This document shows, piece by piece, positions 9,274 to 18,647 of a stretch of DNA of 64,000 nucleotides. The notes under the pieces were generated by a model. The model was not told the origin of the DNA, did no database searches, and saw only the letters and a list, made by a program, of their open reading frames with translations. Within the stretch, counting starts at the first letter, position 1, and every line of letters begins with the position of its first letter. The DNA comes from an uncultured Spartobacteria bacterium (lineage in GTDB: Bacteria > Verrucomicrobiota > Verrucomicrobiia > Chthoniobacterales > Terrimicrobiaceae): NCBI GenBank assembly GCA_937919825.1, contig CALFPA010000131.1, positions 36,949-100,948 on the forward strand. Reading direction: 5' to 3'. Made by a program: the position numbers and the translations under genes.

Positions 9274-9798
9274 ATGTTACCGAATTTCGTGCTCGTCGGC
9301 TTCATGGGCTGCGGCAAGACCACGGTGGGACGCCGCCTCGCGTCCATGACCGGCCATCGCTTCGTCGATGCCGACGAGTTGATCGTGAAAGATCAGAAGA
9401 AAAGCATTTCCGCCATTTTTGCGGAAAAGGGCGAGGAGGGTTTTCGTGAGATTGAGGAGCGTGTCATCGCGGATTTGGTGGGGGTGGCAGGCATCATTCT
9501 CTCCACTGGCGGTGGCGCCATTCTTCGAGAGGCCAATCGCATTTCTCTCAAAAAGATCGGCATCATCATCTGGCTCGATGCGGAGCCCGAGGTGTTATTT
9601 GAGCGAGCCATGCGAAGCGGACGCCGCCCATTGCTCCAAAATGAAAACCCGCGCCAAGTCTTCGATGCGCTCTTGGAGTCCCGCCGACCCATCTACGAAT
9701 CCACGGCCGATCTGCGCTTCGACTCCACCGGCATCGATCATGACGAGGTGTCCCGGAAGGTTCTCGACCTGGCCATGCGCCAATATCGAGAGCCCTGA
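9274..9798 (+). CDS. aroK: Shikimate kinase
   Basis: ORF 9238 (TTG) trimmed to ATG 9274. Contains LVGFMGCGKTTVGRRLA (P-loop), FVDADELI and GEEGFREIEE. Confidence 0.9.
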   Translation: MLPNFVLVGFMGCGKTTVGRRLASMTGHRFVDADELIVKDQKKSISAIFAEKGEEGFREIEERVIADLVGVAGIILSTGGGAILREANRISLKKIGIIIWLDAEPEVLFERAMRSGRRPLLQNENPRQVFDALLESRRPIYESTADLRFDSTGIDHDEVSRKVLDLAMRQYREP

Positions 9799-9803
9799 TT
9801 TTT

Positions 9804-10607
9804 TTAAAACTCCGCCTGTCCATGGAGGACTTGGGCTGGGGTTTTGCCCAGGTTGCGGAGGGTTTGGATTTCGAGTCCGCCCGTGCGTTTGGCCAGGCGG
9901 TTTCCTTGGGCATCGCATACGAGCGCGCAGTGGAACCACTCGGGCGGCTTCGCGCCGAGGGCTTGATGCAGGAGGATTTGGCGCGCGGTGGAGGTGAGGA
10001 GATCGGCGCCCCGGACGACTTCGGTGATTCCGGTAAGGATGTCGTCCACCACAACCGCGAGTTCGTAGGCCGGGATGTCGTCGCGGTTCCAAATCAGAAA
10101 GTCGCCAAAGTCCCTGCCCGCGAGTTTTTCGACGGCACCGAAATTTCCATCCTGAAATGAAATGAACTCCCCGTCAGGCACACGAAACCGCCAATTCATG
10201 CCGGTCGGGGAGGCGAAGGATTTTGCTTCCTCCGGATCGCGACGCCAATGGCTCGGGAAAATCGGTTCCTCGGAATGTGGGGCGAGGGTGGAGATTTCCT
10301 TTCGCGAACGATGACAGGGGTAAAGGAACCCCATATCGCGGAGGCGCTCCCAGGCTTTCAGATAATGGCAACGCCGTTGACTTTGAAAAACCGGCTCCCC
10401 GTCCCAATCCAGGCCCAGCCATTTCAAGTCCTCCATGGCGGCGGTGGTGAATTCGGGTTGGCATCGTTGGGGGTCGAGGTCCTCGATTCGAAGAAGGATT
10501 TCGCCTCCGGCGTCGCGAGCGCGGCGGTGAGCCGTCGAGAAGGTGGCGGCATGGCCGATGTGGAGAAGTCCTGTCGGGGTGGGAGCGATTCGGCCTCGGT
10601 AGTTCAT
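9804..10607 (-). CDS. gluQ: Glutamyl-Q tRNA(Asp) synthetase
   Basis: 267 aa truncated GluRS-like catalytic domain. Contains RIAPTPTGLLHIGHA (HIGH) and RIEDLD. No anticodon-binding domain. Confidence 0.85.
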   Translation of the reverse strand: MNYRGRIAPTPTGLLHIGHAATFSTAHRRARDAGGEILLRIEDLDPQRCQPEFTTAAMEDLKWLGLDWDGEPVFQSQRRCHYLKAWERLRDMGFLYPCHRSRKEISTLAPHSEEPIFPSHWRRDPEEAKSFASPTGMNWRFRVPDGEFISFQDGNFGAVEKLAGRDFGDFLIWNRDDIPAYELAVVVDDILTGITEVVRGADLLTSTARQILLHQALGAKPPEWFHCALVCDAQGNRLAKRTGGLEIQTLRNLGKTPAQVLHGQAEF

Positions 10608-10684
10608 CGCGTGGGGAGGGGTGGGAAAGAATTTATTAAAATCTCCTTGGAAAGCTTCTGCAAAATAGCAACCTGCGAAAAAGG

Positions 10685-11842
10685 ATGTTGTCCGATATCA
10701 CTACGAAAATCATCCGCTCCCGGAAAGAGGCTTTCGATTTGGAGGAGGACTTCTCCGAGCTCTACGCGGCTTTGCCGTCCCCGAATGTCTATTTTTCGCC
10801 CGAGTGGGTTTACACATGGCTCTCGACACTGGGCCGGAGGCACGAGGTGTTTTTTGTGATCGCGATCAAGGACGGTCATCTTGCCGGTGTGTGGCCATTT
10901 TTTGAATACCCGCTTCCGGCTTTTGGCAAGGCCTTGCTTCCAGCGGCTTCGCAGGCGGCCGATCTGTTCGACCCCGTGGCGATCACCGAGGCTCGGGAAC
11001 CGTTGGTGCGTGCGCTGATGGAGGGGCTGGGGGAGTTCAACTTCGCTTGGCTGCCATTGCTCACAAGGAATTTTGCCGAGGAAGTCCTGGAGCCTGTCAT
11101 GAAGGTTCAGCGCCACCCGCATCTCCTGCGGCAGCGCACGCCAAGATTTCTGGTCGATTTGGATCGTTTCACGGATTTCACATCCTACACGGCCACGGTT
11201 TTCGGTCCCAAGACGCGCCAAAACCTCCGGCGCAAAGCTCGTAAACTTTCCGAGATCGGTGAAGTGGAAATGCGAACCCTCGACACGGCCCAAGAGATCG
11301 CGCCTTGGATTCCCAAGATGGTTGAGCTGGAGAAGGGGAGTTGGAAGTGGCAGGAGCGGGCCGGGATTTTCCAACTCGCGGAGATGCGGGGCTTCTATCA
11401 AATCCTGCTCGAAAACCTCGCGAAAAGCCGCCGGGTGCGGGTTTCCATCCTCACGGTGGATGGTCGATTGGTGGCTCACGAGATCGGTTTTCTGGGAATG
11501 GATTCGTATTGCATGCACAGCACGGTTTTCGACCCCGAGTTTTCGGCGAACAGCCCCGGGCGGTTGCTCATGCTTTTCTCGATCCAGAAGTGCATTGAAG
11601 AGAACCGGCGGATTTACGATTTCCTTCAAAACGACGCCGAATTCAAACGCCAGATGTCCACCAGCGAATCGCGCCTCTGGGATTGGATCATTCTCCCGAA
11701 TTCCCTCCGTGGCCGCCTCTGGAAGCAACTCATCCGAGCGGTGCAATTGTGGAGGGATTGGCGCTACAACCCCACGCGCCGCGAAGGTTCTCTGGAGAGG
11801 GAGACGATGGCGGCCGCCGCTGCGGAGAATGCCAAAGAGTGA
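10685..11842 (+). CDS. GNAT-fold acetyltransferase, CelD/BioF2-like
   Basis: 385 aa. Layout resembles CelD-type proteins: FSPEWVYTWL at the N-terminus, then C-terminal SPGRLLMLFSIQKCIEENRRIYDFL. Assignment by pattern only. Confidence 0.6.
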   Translation: MLSDITTKIIRSRKEAFDLEEDFSELYAALPSPNVYFSPEWVYTWLSTLGRRHEVFFVIAIKDGHLAGVWPFFEYPLPAFGKALLPAASQAADLFDPVAITEAREPLVRALMEGLGEFNFAWLPLLTRNFAEEVLEPVMKVQRHPHLLRQRTPRFLVDLDRFTDFTSYTATVFGPKTRQNLRRKARKLSEIGEVEMRTLDTAQEIAPWIPKMVELEKGSWKWQERAGIFQLAEMRGFYQILLENLAKSRRVRVSILTVDGRLVAHEIGFLGMDSYCMHSTVFDPEFSANSPGRLLMLFSIQKCIEENRRIYDFLQNDAEFKRQMSTSESRLWDWIILPNSLRGRLWKQLIRAVQLWRDWRYNPTRREGSLERETMAAAAAENAKE

Positions 11843-11861
11843 GCGGAAAACCTGAGGCCGT

Positions 11862-12509
11862 TCAGCGGCCGTAGCGTTCGGACCAAAGGCGGCGGAATTC
11901 GCGCATGTGGTCCACCACGCGATTGCGGATCGAAAAAACCAAACGCCGCCCGTGGTTGGCGCGACGGCGGTCGAGCGTTCCGGAGTCGGCGAGGTTTTGG
12001 GCGGCTTCAAGGGCATCGTTCGCTGCTTTCAAGGCACGCTTGAGGTAGGCGATGGTCATTCCGATTTCTGTCTCGTCTTGTCCGCACAGAGCGGCGGCAA
12101 GTTTGGCTCCGCAGATGGCGGATCGGGTGGCAAAGCGGACGGCTTCCGGGTGCTCCCTCAAGTCCTCACGCGCATCGAAAAGTCGATTGATCCATTTGTG
12201 CAGACGAAGGGTGTCGGCGTAGACGGGAGATTGGGTGAATTCCTCGAACTCGTCGTCTCCGTCGTCCTCTTCGTTCTCGAGGACGAATTCGGGTGCTTCC
12301 TGGTCATCTTCCACATCGTCTACCGAGGCCTCGTAAATGCTCCACCCCATTTCCTCGGCGATGATCTCGTCGCGGTTCGGGTGGTCCATGTAGGTCTCGA
12401 GGAGGCGAAAGTATTTTTCGGTGTTTCGGTCCTGTTCCTGAAGGAAGCGCTCCCACACATACTCGTCCCAAACTTCCTCGGGCTGAAAATCGTCGTCTTT
12501 GTCCGACAT
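11862..12509 (-). CDS. Hypothetical acidic protein
   Basis: 215 aa with a strongly acidic central run (DDVEDDQEAPEFVLENEEDDGDDEFEEF). Last gene of a tightly spaced minus-strand operon, 10-nt gap after rlmN. Confidence 0.6.
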   Translation of the reverse strand: MSDKDDDFQPEEVWDEYVWERFLQEQDRNTEKYFRLLETYMDHPNRDEIIAEEMGWSIYEASVDDVEDDQEAPEFVLENEEDDGDDEFEEFTQSPVYADTLRLHKWINRLFDAREDLREHPEAVRFATRSAICGAKLAAALCGQDETEIGMTIAYLKRALKAANDALEAAQNLADSGTLDRRRANHGRRLVFSIRNRVVDHMREFRRLWSERYGR

Positions 12510-12519
12510 GCAAGAACCG

Positions 12520-13590
12520 CTAATTCAAGACCGATCCCTGCGCAAAGGATTTTTCCACTTGAAGGCGGAGTTGTCCGCAAGCGGCAGCGATGTCGTGACC
12601 CTTCTCGCGGCGCAGTGTGGCCTCGGCGCCGGCGTTTCGGAGGATGCCGAGAAACTGATCCTGGCGCGGTTCGTCGGGTCGATCCCACTCGAGGCCCTCG
12701 ACGGTGTTGTAGGGAATGAGGTTGACCTTGGCATTCACACGCCGCGCCTGTTGGGCGAGAAGACGGGCTTGATCGGGCGAGTCGTTGATGTCGCGGATCA
12801 GGATGTATTCAAAAGTGAGCCGCTGTTTTTTGATGCCGACATATTCCTCGCAGGCGGAGAGGAGTTCCTCGATCGGGTATTTTTTATTCACCGGCATGAT
12901 GCGGCCTCGGACCTCATCCGTGGCGCCATGGAAGGAAATCGCAAGACGCACTTGGAGGGGTTGGGCGGCGAGGTCGCGGATGCGTGGGGCGAGGCCGGAG
13001 GTTGAAACCGTCATGTGCCGTGCTCCAATACCAACTCCCCACGGGGCGTTGAGGACGGAGATCGCGCGAAGGAGGTTGTCGTAGTTGGCCATCGGCTCTC
13101 CCATGCCCATGAAGACGATGTTGTTGATCTTCTCGCCGCTCTCGGCCTCGACTTGCAGGAACTGGTCCACAATCTCGGCGGCGGTGAGGTTTCGTTTCCA
13201 ACCATCAAGTCCGCTGGCGCAAAATTTGCATCCGTAGGCGCAACCGACCTGACTGGAGATGCAAATCGTGCGGCGGTCCGAGGCTTCGCCGTAAAGAGCC
13301 GGTGAGGCGGGGATCAGGACGCTTTCGATGAGTTGGCCGTCGGCGAGTCGAAACAGAAATTTGCGAGTGGTGTCCTTCGAGCCGGTTTCGCGGATTTTTT
13401 CGAGGCGCCGGGTTGGAAAATCGTCGGCGAGGTTTTGGCGAATGCTGGCGGGAAGGTTCGACATGTCACTCCAGTCGCGCACGCGGCGACGGAAAAGCCA
13501 GTCGAGCACTTGGCCGGCGCGATAGGTGGGCTGGCCCAACTCCTGCATGCGGGCCTCCCATTCGGATTTGGTGAGCGATAGGGCGTCCAT
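12520..13590 (-). CDS. rlmN: 23S rRNA/tRNA (adenine-C2)-methyltransferase RlmN (radical SAM)
   Basis: ORF 12520..13725 trimmed to ATG 13590 (MDALSLTKSEWEARMQELGQPTYRAGQVLDWLF). Contains CISSQVGCAYGCKFCASG (CxxxCxxC) and GMGEPMANYD. Confidence 0.9.
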   Translation of the reverse strand: MDALSLTKSEWEARMQELGQPTYRAGQVLDWLFRRRVRDWSDMSNLPASIRQNLADDFPTRRLEKIRETGSKDTTRKFLFRLADGQLIESVLIPASPALYGEASDRRTICISSQVGCAYGCKFCASGLDGWKRNLTAAEIVDQFLQVEAESGEKINNIVFMGMGEPMANYDNLLRAISVLNAPWGVGIGARHMTVSTSGLAPRIRDLAAQPLQVRLAISFHGATDEVRGRIMPVNKKYPIEELLSACEEYVGIKKQRLTFEYILIRDINDSPDQARLLAQQARRVNAKVNLIPYNTVEGLEWDRPDEPRQDQFLGILRNAGAEATLRREKGHDIAAACGQLRLQVEKSFAQGSVLN

Positions 13591-13595
13591 AAAAA

Positions 13596-15587
13596 CTACT
13601 CCCGGCGGGACCATCGGTCGCGATCGGCGTAAAGGATGCATTCGCCATCGATCGGCAGCGGAGTGAAAAAGGGAAGGGCGAATTGGAGAGGATCTGGCGG
13701 GGGACGCTGGATGAGCAGCACCCAATCATCATAGGGGCCTTTGTAGATCTCGGAGAAGAGTCGTCGATTCCCAGTGACCGGGGTGAGGTAAATGCCGGAA
13801 ATGGATTCGCCGAGGAGGCGGAAGTCACTGATGTGGGTAAAATCCTTCATCGTCTTTGGGAGGAGGATTGAGTGGCGATTCGCATACCAAGCCACGGCCC
13901 AAGGCATGTCGGAGGCGATGATTTCGTTTTGTTCAAACCACTCGCCCAAGATCGCTATGAATGGAGGCACATACGGTGGCCACTGGATCGCGGCTGCAGG
14001 CTTGGAAACGAGGCGCGAGACGAGCGGGAGAGCCGAGATCAGAATCAAAAAAATCAGGAACGCGGAGCGAAGGGATGGGGTGGAAATTCCAAGGCGGCTC
14101 CAAAGTTCGAGGACGAATGCGAGTCCGAAGAATATAAAAACGGGCAGGAAGAGGACATGGAGTTGGTTTGAGTGGATCGGGCCATCGACTCCGCAGAGGG
14201 CCATGCCGAGCCACGCGCCAAACCACATGAGCAGAACGGCGCGGCGGAAAAGCTCGGTGGATGGGGGTTGGAATTTGTGAAGGAGGGATGCAAAAAACAT
14301 GAGCGCCAGCAGATTCATCCCGAGGAATGCGAGGATTTGGCCCGTGTGGATTCCGAGGGCGTTGGTAAGGCGGTTGAGGGTGCGTGTGGCGTTGAAAGTC
14401 GGCGCATCCGTCAGCGAGCGGAGATAGCCGGATTCTGATTCCAGGGCAGGTGCCAGCAATTCGTAGCCGGCGATGCCGAGAGGGTTGCCACAGACCTCCT
14501 GATTACGCCACAGCCAAGGGGCGACGACGATCAGAGCGCCGGCTAACGCGGCAAGGACGGCGATCCCGCGTGGCCGAAAAACCATGCCCGCAAAAACCAG
14601 CCAGCTTAGAAAAATCCAAGTCGCCGCGCCGTGGGTAAGAATCAGAAGGCCAAATAGGAGCCCCGTCGTCAAAGCACACGCCGCAACCGCTCGGCGATCG
14701 GAATGTTTTTCCAAAGCCCGGAGGGTCGTCCAGCACACGCCGGAAAAAATCAGCAACATCAACATTTGCGGCAGGCCCGAGAGAGAAAACTCCCAAAAGA
14801 GATCGGTGAGCAGAATCATCGTGCTGCCGAGCGCGGCGAGTTTGGGATCGAAAAGCCGCCGCGCGATGAGGAACCAGACTCCCACGGAAACGAGAAAGAA
14901 GAGGATTGCGGTGCCGGCGATCATCCGGTCGGCGATGTAAACGACATCGAGCGGGCCGAGTTTCCAGGAGGATTGAACGATTTTCAGCGGCAAGGCGTTG
15001 GCCAGGGGATTGAGGGGGGACTGGAAGAAATCCGGGAAGTTGTCGGTTGGGATCGGTTTCCCTGCCTGTTCGAGTTGGCGGATGGCGAATGGGCGGAGGT
15101 AATTGGTGGAAAACCCTAGGCCGGCGGCGAGGGCGCGGGCGATCTGGGCCTGATCCATGGCGGTCGGAGAGGAGAGGCCGCGGAATTGGACGAAGAGATA
15201 GAGGCAGGCCAAGGTCGCTACGAAGGCGGCGACAGCGCCCCAGCGGACCAGCGGCAGGGTGGGGATTTTCGAGAGATTTGCCCCCCAGGAGCGCAGCCGT
15301 TCGGATCGTCTTGGTTTTTCTGGCTCGGGAGTTGGCGCTGGCTCGGGAGAGGCTTCGGGAGTGGTTTCGGAAATTGGCTCCGGTGGAGTCTCGATAGCCG
15401 CGGCGGCGGGCTTTCGGCCTCGTTTTTTGACTGTCGGCGTCGGGAGGGGGTTCTCTGGTTCGGTTGTTTTTTGGGCGCGAGGTTTCTTGGGTGTTTCGTC
15501 AGGTGACTTGGCCTTGGGGGGGCGTCCTCTTTTTTTGGGTGGGGCCGGAGTTTCGGCGATTTCCTCGTTGTTTGGAGATTCCGACAT
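13596..15587 (-). CDS. Polytopic membrane protein, GT-C (ArnT/PMT-like) glycosyltransferase-like, with a Lys/Pro-rich N-terminal tail
   Basis: 663 aa. About 95-aa charged tail, then at least 10 hydrophobic segments and a soluble C-terminal domain. The first loop (MDQAQIARALAAGLGF..PDFFQSPLNPL) resembles GT-C family 39/83 loops. The coding call is solid. The function is tentative. Confidence 0.55.
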   Translation of the reverse strand: MSESPNNEEIAETPAPPKKRGRPPKAKSPDETPKKPRAQKTTEPENPLPTPTVKKRGRKPAAAAIETPPEPISETTPEASPEPAPTPEPEKPRRSERLRSWGANLSKIPTLPLVRWGAVAAFVATLACLYLFVQFRGLSSPTAMDQAQIARALAAGLGFSTNYLRPFAIRQLEQAGKPIPTDNFPDFFQSPLNPLANALPLKIVQSSWKLGPLDVVYIADRMIAGTAILFFLVSVGVWFLIARRLFDPKLAALGSTMILLTDLFWEFSLSGLPQMLMLLIFSGVCWTTLRALEKHSDRRAVAACALTTGLLFGLLILTHGAATWIFLSWLVFAGMVFRPRGIAVLAALAGALIVVAPWLWRNQEVCGNPLGIAGYELLAPALESESGYLRSLTDAPTFNATRTLNRLTNALGIHTGQILAFLGMNLLALMFFASLLHKFQPPSTELFRRAVLLMWFGAWLGMALCGVDGPIHSNQLHVLFLPVFIFFGLAFVLELWSRLGISTPSLRSAFLIFLILISALPLVSRLVSKPAAAIQWPPYVPPFIAILGEWFEQNEIIASDMPWAVAWYANRHSILLPKTMKDFTHISDFRLLGESISGIYLTPVTGNRRLFSEIYKGPYDDWVLLIQRPPPDPLQFALPFFTPLPIDGECILYADRDRWSRRE

Positions 15588-15592
15588 TCGAT

Positions 15593-16960
15593 TTACCTAG
15601 GGGACTTTTTAAAGATGTTCAATTCCTTGAGGCGCCGGTGGAGGGTTCGGCGGCTGATGCCGAGTTTTATGGCGGCCTCGCTACGGTTGCCACGGCACTC
15701 CTCGAGGGCGCGAAGGATGAGCGAGGTTTCGGTATCGTGAAGATTCCATTCCCGGCCGGGGGCGGTTTTTTCCAGAGCGGGGAGGGGGCGCGGGGCTCGA
15801 AGGGTAGCCGGGAGGTCCTTCGGCGTGATTTTAGGGCCGGTGGCCATGACGACGCCATGCTCGATCGTGGTGCGGAGTTCGCGGACATTGCCGGGCCAGT
15901 CGTAGTCGAGGATGTGCTGCATGGATTCCGGCGAGAGTTCGCGGTGGGGTTTGCCATTTTCCAGGGCACAATCCTTGAGGAACGATTCGGCCAAAAGGGG
16001 AATGTCGATTTTTCGGTCCCGAAGCGGCGGCATGGTGACGGGCACGACATGGAGACGGAAAAAGAGGTCGTCACGGAATTTGCCCTCCGCGACGAGTTTG
16101 GAGAGGTCCTTATTCGTCGCGGCAATCAAGCGCACATCGGCGGTGAGCGTTTCGCTGCCGCCCACCCGCTCGAAGGTTCTCTCGCCGAGGACGCGGAGGA
16201 TTTTGACCTGGGTGGTGAGATCGATCTCGCCGATTTCATCGAGAAAGAGCGTGCCACCCTTGGCTTGCTCAAAGCGGCCGATGCGTCGCTCGAACGCGCC
16301 GGTGAACGCACCTTTTTCGTGGCCGAAGAGTTCGCTGGCGAGCAGCTCCGGGGTGAGCGATGCGCAGTGGACGGCGAGGAATTTCCGCTTCGCCCGGGGG
16401 CTGAGGTGGTGGATGGCATGGGCGGCGAGTTCCTTGCCGGTGCCGCTCTCGCCCTGGATCAGAACGGTCGCCCGGGATGGGGCGACTTGTTTGATTGTTT
16501 CAAAAACCTCCACCATCGCAGTCGAGCGGCCGATCATTCCCTCGAGGGTGATTTGGCGCTCGACCTTGGTGCGGAGTTCCTTGTTTTCCCGGGAGGTGTT
16601 GCGCTCGCGGATGGCCCGCTTGATGAGAATTTCCAGCCGATCGATATTCACCGGCTTGGTGACAAAATCATACACCCCGCGCTTCATCGCCTCCACAGCG
16701 GTATCCACCGAGCCGTAGGCGGTCATCATGATGCAAATCGGTGCATTCGGGCGGCGTGAGATTTCTTCCACCAGTTCCATCCCATTTCTGGCACCGAGTT
16801 GGAGGTCGGTGAGGACCAAATCCGCGCGGATGCTCTCGAGGGTCTTCAGGGCGCCATCGACATCCGGTGCGACATAGACCTCGAACTCACCCTCCAGCGC
16901 ATTGCGCAGCCCGTCGCGGGTGTTTTTTTCATCATCAACAATCAGCAGCGTGGGTGACAT
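15593..16960 (-). CDS. Sigma-54-dependent response regulator (NtrC family: REC + AAA+ + Fis HTH)
   Basis: Contains LLIVDDEKNTRDGL..VLTDLQL (REC), GESGTGKELAAHAIH (Walker A), the sigma54-contact loop in ELFGHEKGAFTGA, and C-terminal RSEAAIKLGISRRTLHRRL. Confidence 0.9.
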   Translation of the reverse strand: MSPTLLIVDDEKNTRDGLRNALEGEFEVYVAPDVDGALKTLESIRADLVLTDLQLGARNGMELVEEISRRPNAPICIMMTAYGSVDTAVEAMKRGVYDFVTKPVNIDRLEILIKRAIRERNTSRENKELRTKVERQITLEGMIGRSTAMVEVFETIKQVAPSRATVLIQGESGTGKELAAHAIHHLSPRAKRKFLAVHCASLTPELLASELFGHEKGAFTGAFERRIGRFEQAKGGTLFLDEIGEIDLTTQVKILRVLGERTFERVGGSETLTADVRLIAATNKDLSKLVAEGKFRDDLFFRLHVVPVTMPPLRDRKIDIPLLAESFLKDCALENGKPHRELSPESMQHILDYDWPGNVRELRTTIEHGVVMATGPKITPKDLPATLRAPRPLPALEKTAPGREWNLHDTETSLILRALEECRGNRSEAAIKLGISRRTLHRRLKELNIFKKSPR

Positions 16961-17006
16961 TTTGTCTCTTCATCCGGCACACGAGGGCCGGGAAATGGAA
17001 AAGCGG

Positions 17007-17291
17007 TTAGTAATCGAGCGAAACGGGTTCCGGCGGAATGTAGGTGCCGGGAAGCTGTTCGCAAATGCGCAATTTCGAGTTCCACTGCCCGCCAGACTCC
17101 ACGCATTTGTTGATTTTCAGAAAATCTGGATCAAAGCCATGGATCGCAAACAGGGATAAATAGAAGCCACCGATGAGCAAAACGACGGTTCCCAGGAGCA
17201 TAAGCATAGGCTTGAGCGGAAACAGTTCGCTCAAGTTTTCCAAGGTATTAGAACGAGGAAAACCGTCCTTGTTAGGATCGGGGGGCTTCAT
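17007..17291 (-). CDS. Small single-pass membrane protein, hypothetical
   Basis: ORF 17007..17348 trimmed to ATG 17291 (MKPPDPNK). One TM segment (MLMLLGTVVLLIGGFYLSLFAI) and two Cys in the C-terminal part. Confidence 0.4.
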   Translation of the reverse strand: MKPPDPNKDGFPRSNTLENLSELFPLKPMLMLLGTVVLLIGGFYLSLFAIHGFDPDFLKINKCVESGGQWNSKLRICEQLPGTYIPPEPVSLDY

Positions 17292-17413
17292 CACCGAATT
17301 ACTTAACACCTTTCCCGAGGTCGGGCAATGGTTTCGATACGAGCGCATGAATAATTTTTTTCCAACGGGTCATACCACTTGCCAGACGGGTTCATTCGCT
17401 GAACGATCCATCC

Positions 17414-17800
17414 ATGAATCAGGTGAAGGACACGCTGCGCGCCACGGTGAGGATCGGCTATGACGGGCGAGTGCACAAACAGTTCCGCGGCCCGAAAGCC
17501 GAGGAGCGGTTTGCGAACGAGGTGAGGGTCCTGCAGTATCTCGAACGGCGGAAGTGCCCGTTTGTTCCCCGGTTGCTTGAGCACGACCCGCAAACTTTGC
17601 AGATGGTGACATCCAATTGTGGGATGCGGGTTGATCACCTCGACGAAAAGCGCCTGAAGGAGTTGTTCGCCGAGTTGGAAAAATTCGGAGTGCGGCATGA
17701 CGATGCGGAGATGCGGAATGTGACCTATCGGCGGTCCGACGGCCGTTTTTGCCTCATCGATTTTGAATTCGCCACGATCCTGGATCCCAAAGTCGCCTGA
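17414..17800 (+). CDS. Minimal protein-kinase-fold protein (128 aa)
   Basis: Candidate kinase landmarks: VHKQF (beta3 Lys), ANEVRVLQYL (alphaC Glu), HDDAEMRN (HxDxxxxN catalytic loop, residues 95-102), LIDFE (DFG-equivalent, 115-118). The protein ends 10 residues after the DFG-equivalent. Its stop overlaps the PP2C start (ATGA at 17797-17800). Confidence 0.55.
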   Translation: MNQVKDTLRATVRIGYDGRVHKQFRGPKAEERFANEVRVLQYLERRKCPFVPRLLEHDPQTLQMVTSNCGMRVDHLDEKRLKELFAELEKFGVRHDDAEMRNVTYRRSDGRFCLIDFEFATILDPKVA

Positions 17801-18636
17801 TGAAAAAAAAGAAAATGCCACTCGCCTCCGCCCTGTCTTGGAGCGGACACACGGATTGTGGGAAGGTCCGCAAAAACAACGAGGATTCCTTTCTTGGTCT
17901 CTTAATCGACGCCAGCGGGGCTCGATACCTTGGTAAAATCGGGGAGGCGGATTCGGCCGGGGCGGATTTCGTTTTTGCTGTGAGCGACGGGATGGGTGGC
18001 GCGATGGCGGGGGAGTTCGCGAGTAAGATCGCGGTGGAAAAAATCACCAAATTCCTGCCGGATCATTTTGAACGCACATCCGAGGAGTGCTCGTCCACTT
18101 TCGAGGCCGTCCTGCGCAACATTTTTGGCGAAATCCACCGGGCTCTCGAGTATTTGGGATCCAGCTACGAGGAGTGCCGCGACATGGGCGCCACGCTCAG
18201 CCTGTGTTGGTTCACGCCGCATTGGATGTATTTCGCCCATGTTGGCGACAGCCGGATTTACCGGCTTCCGAAAAATGGACCCATGACGCAGATCACGGAG
18301 GATGACACCTATGTCGCCTGGCTTCAAAGAAGCGGAAAAATCAACGAGCGGGAGGCAAAAACCCACCCGCGTCGCAATGTGCTGCAGAAATCGCTGGGGG
18401 GAGGGCACCAATTTGCGGAGCCGCAGGTCGGCGCTGTGGCCTTGCAGCCGGGCGACCGGTTTCTGCTTTGCACCGATGGCGTCACTGACGGGCTCTACGA
18501 TGAGCGGCTCGAGGAGTTTCTCCGCGTGTCGCAGGACGACCCTGGAAAAAACATCGTTCGCCTCGCGATAGAGGCTTCGGGACGGGACAACGCCACGGCG
18601 ATGGTGATCGATGTCCTCGATCCGTCAGCCAAATAG
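17800..18636 (+). CDS. PP2C-family Ser/Thr protein phosphatase
   Basis: Contains GHTDCGKVRKNNEDSF, FAVSDGMGGAMAGEFAS, HVGDSRIY, LLCTDGV and DNATAMVIDV, the canonical PPM motifs. Confidence 0.9.
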   Translation: MKKKKMPLASALSWSGHTDCGKVRKNNEDSFLGLLIDASGARYLGKIGEADSAGADFVFAVSDGMGGAMAGEFASKIAVEKITKFLPDHFERTSEECSSTFEAVLRNIFGEIHRALEYLGSSYEECRDMGATLSLCWFTPHWMYFAHVGDSRIYRLPKNGPMTQITEDDTYVAWLQRSGKINEREAKTHPRRNVLQKSLGGGHQFAEPQVGAVALQPGDRFLLCTDGVTDGLYDERLEEFLRVSQDDPGKNIVRLAIEASGRDNATAMVIDVLDPSAK

Positions 18637-18647
18637 GGTGGGGTAGA

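Noticed and set aside
16961-17006. Search for sigma54 (-24 TGGCAC / -12 TTGC) promoters near the NtrC-family regulator and elsewhere. Candidates included ccggcacacgagggccggg here and TTGGCAA-N23-TTGCCAA at about 48396-48432.
   Set aside because: The spacing and the GG/GC dinucleotide positions do not fit the -24/-12 consensus. The 48.4-kb pair is a simple inverted repeat of unknown meaning.
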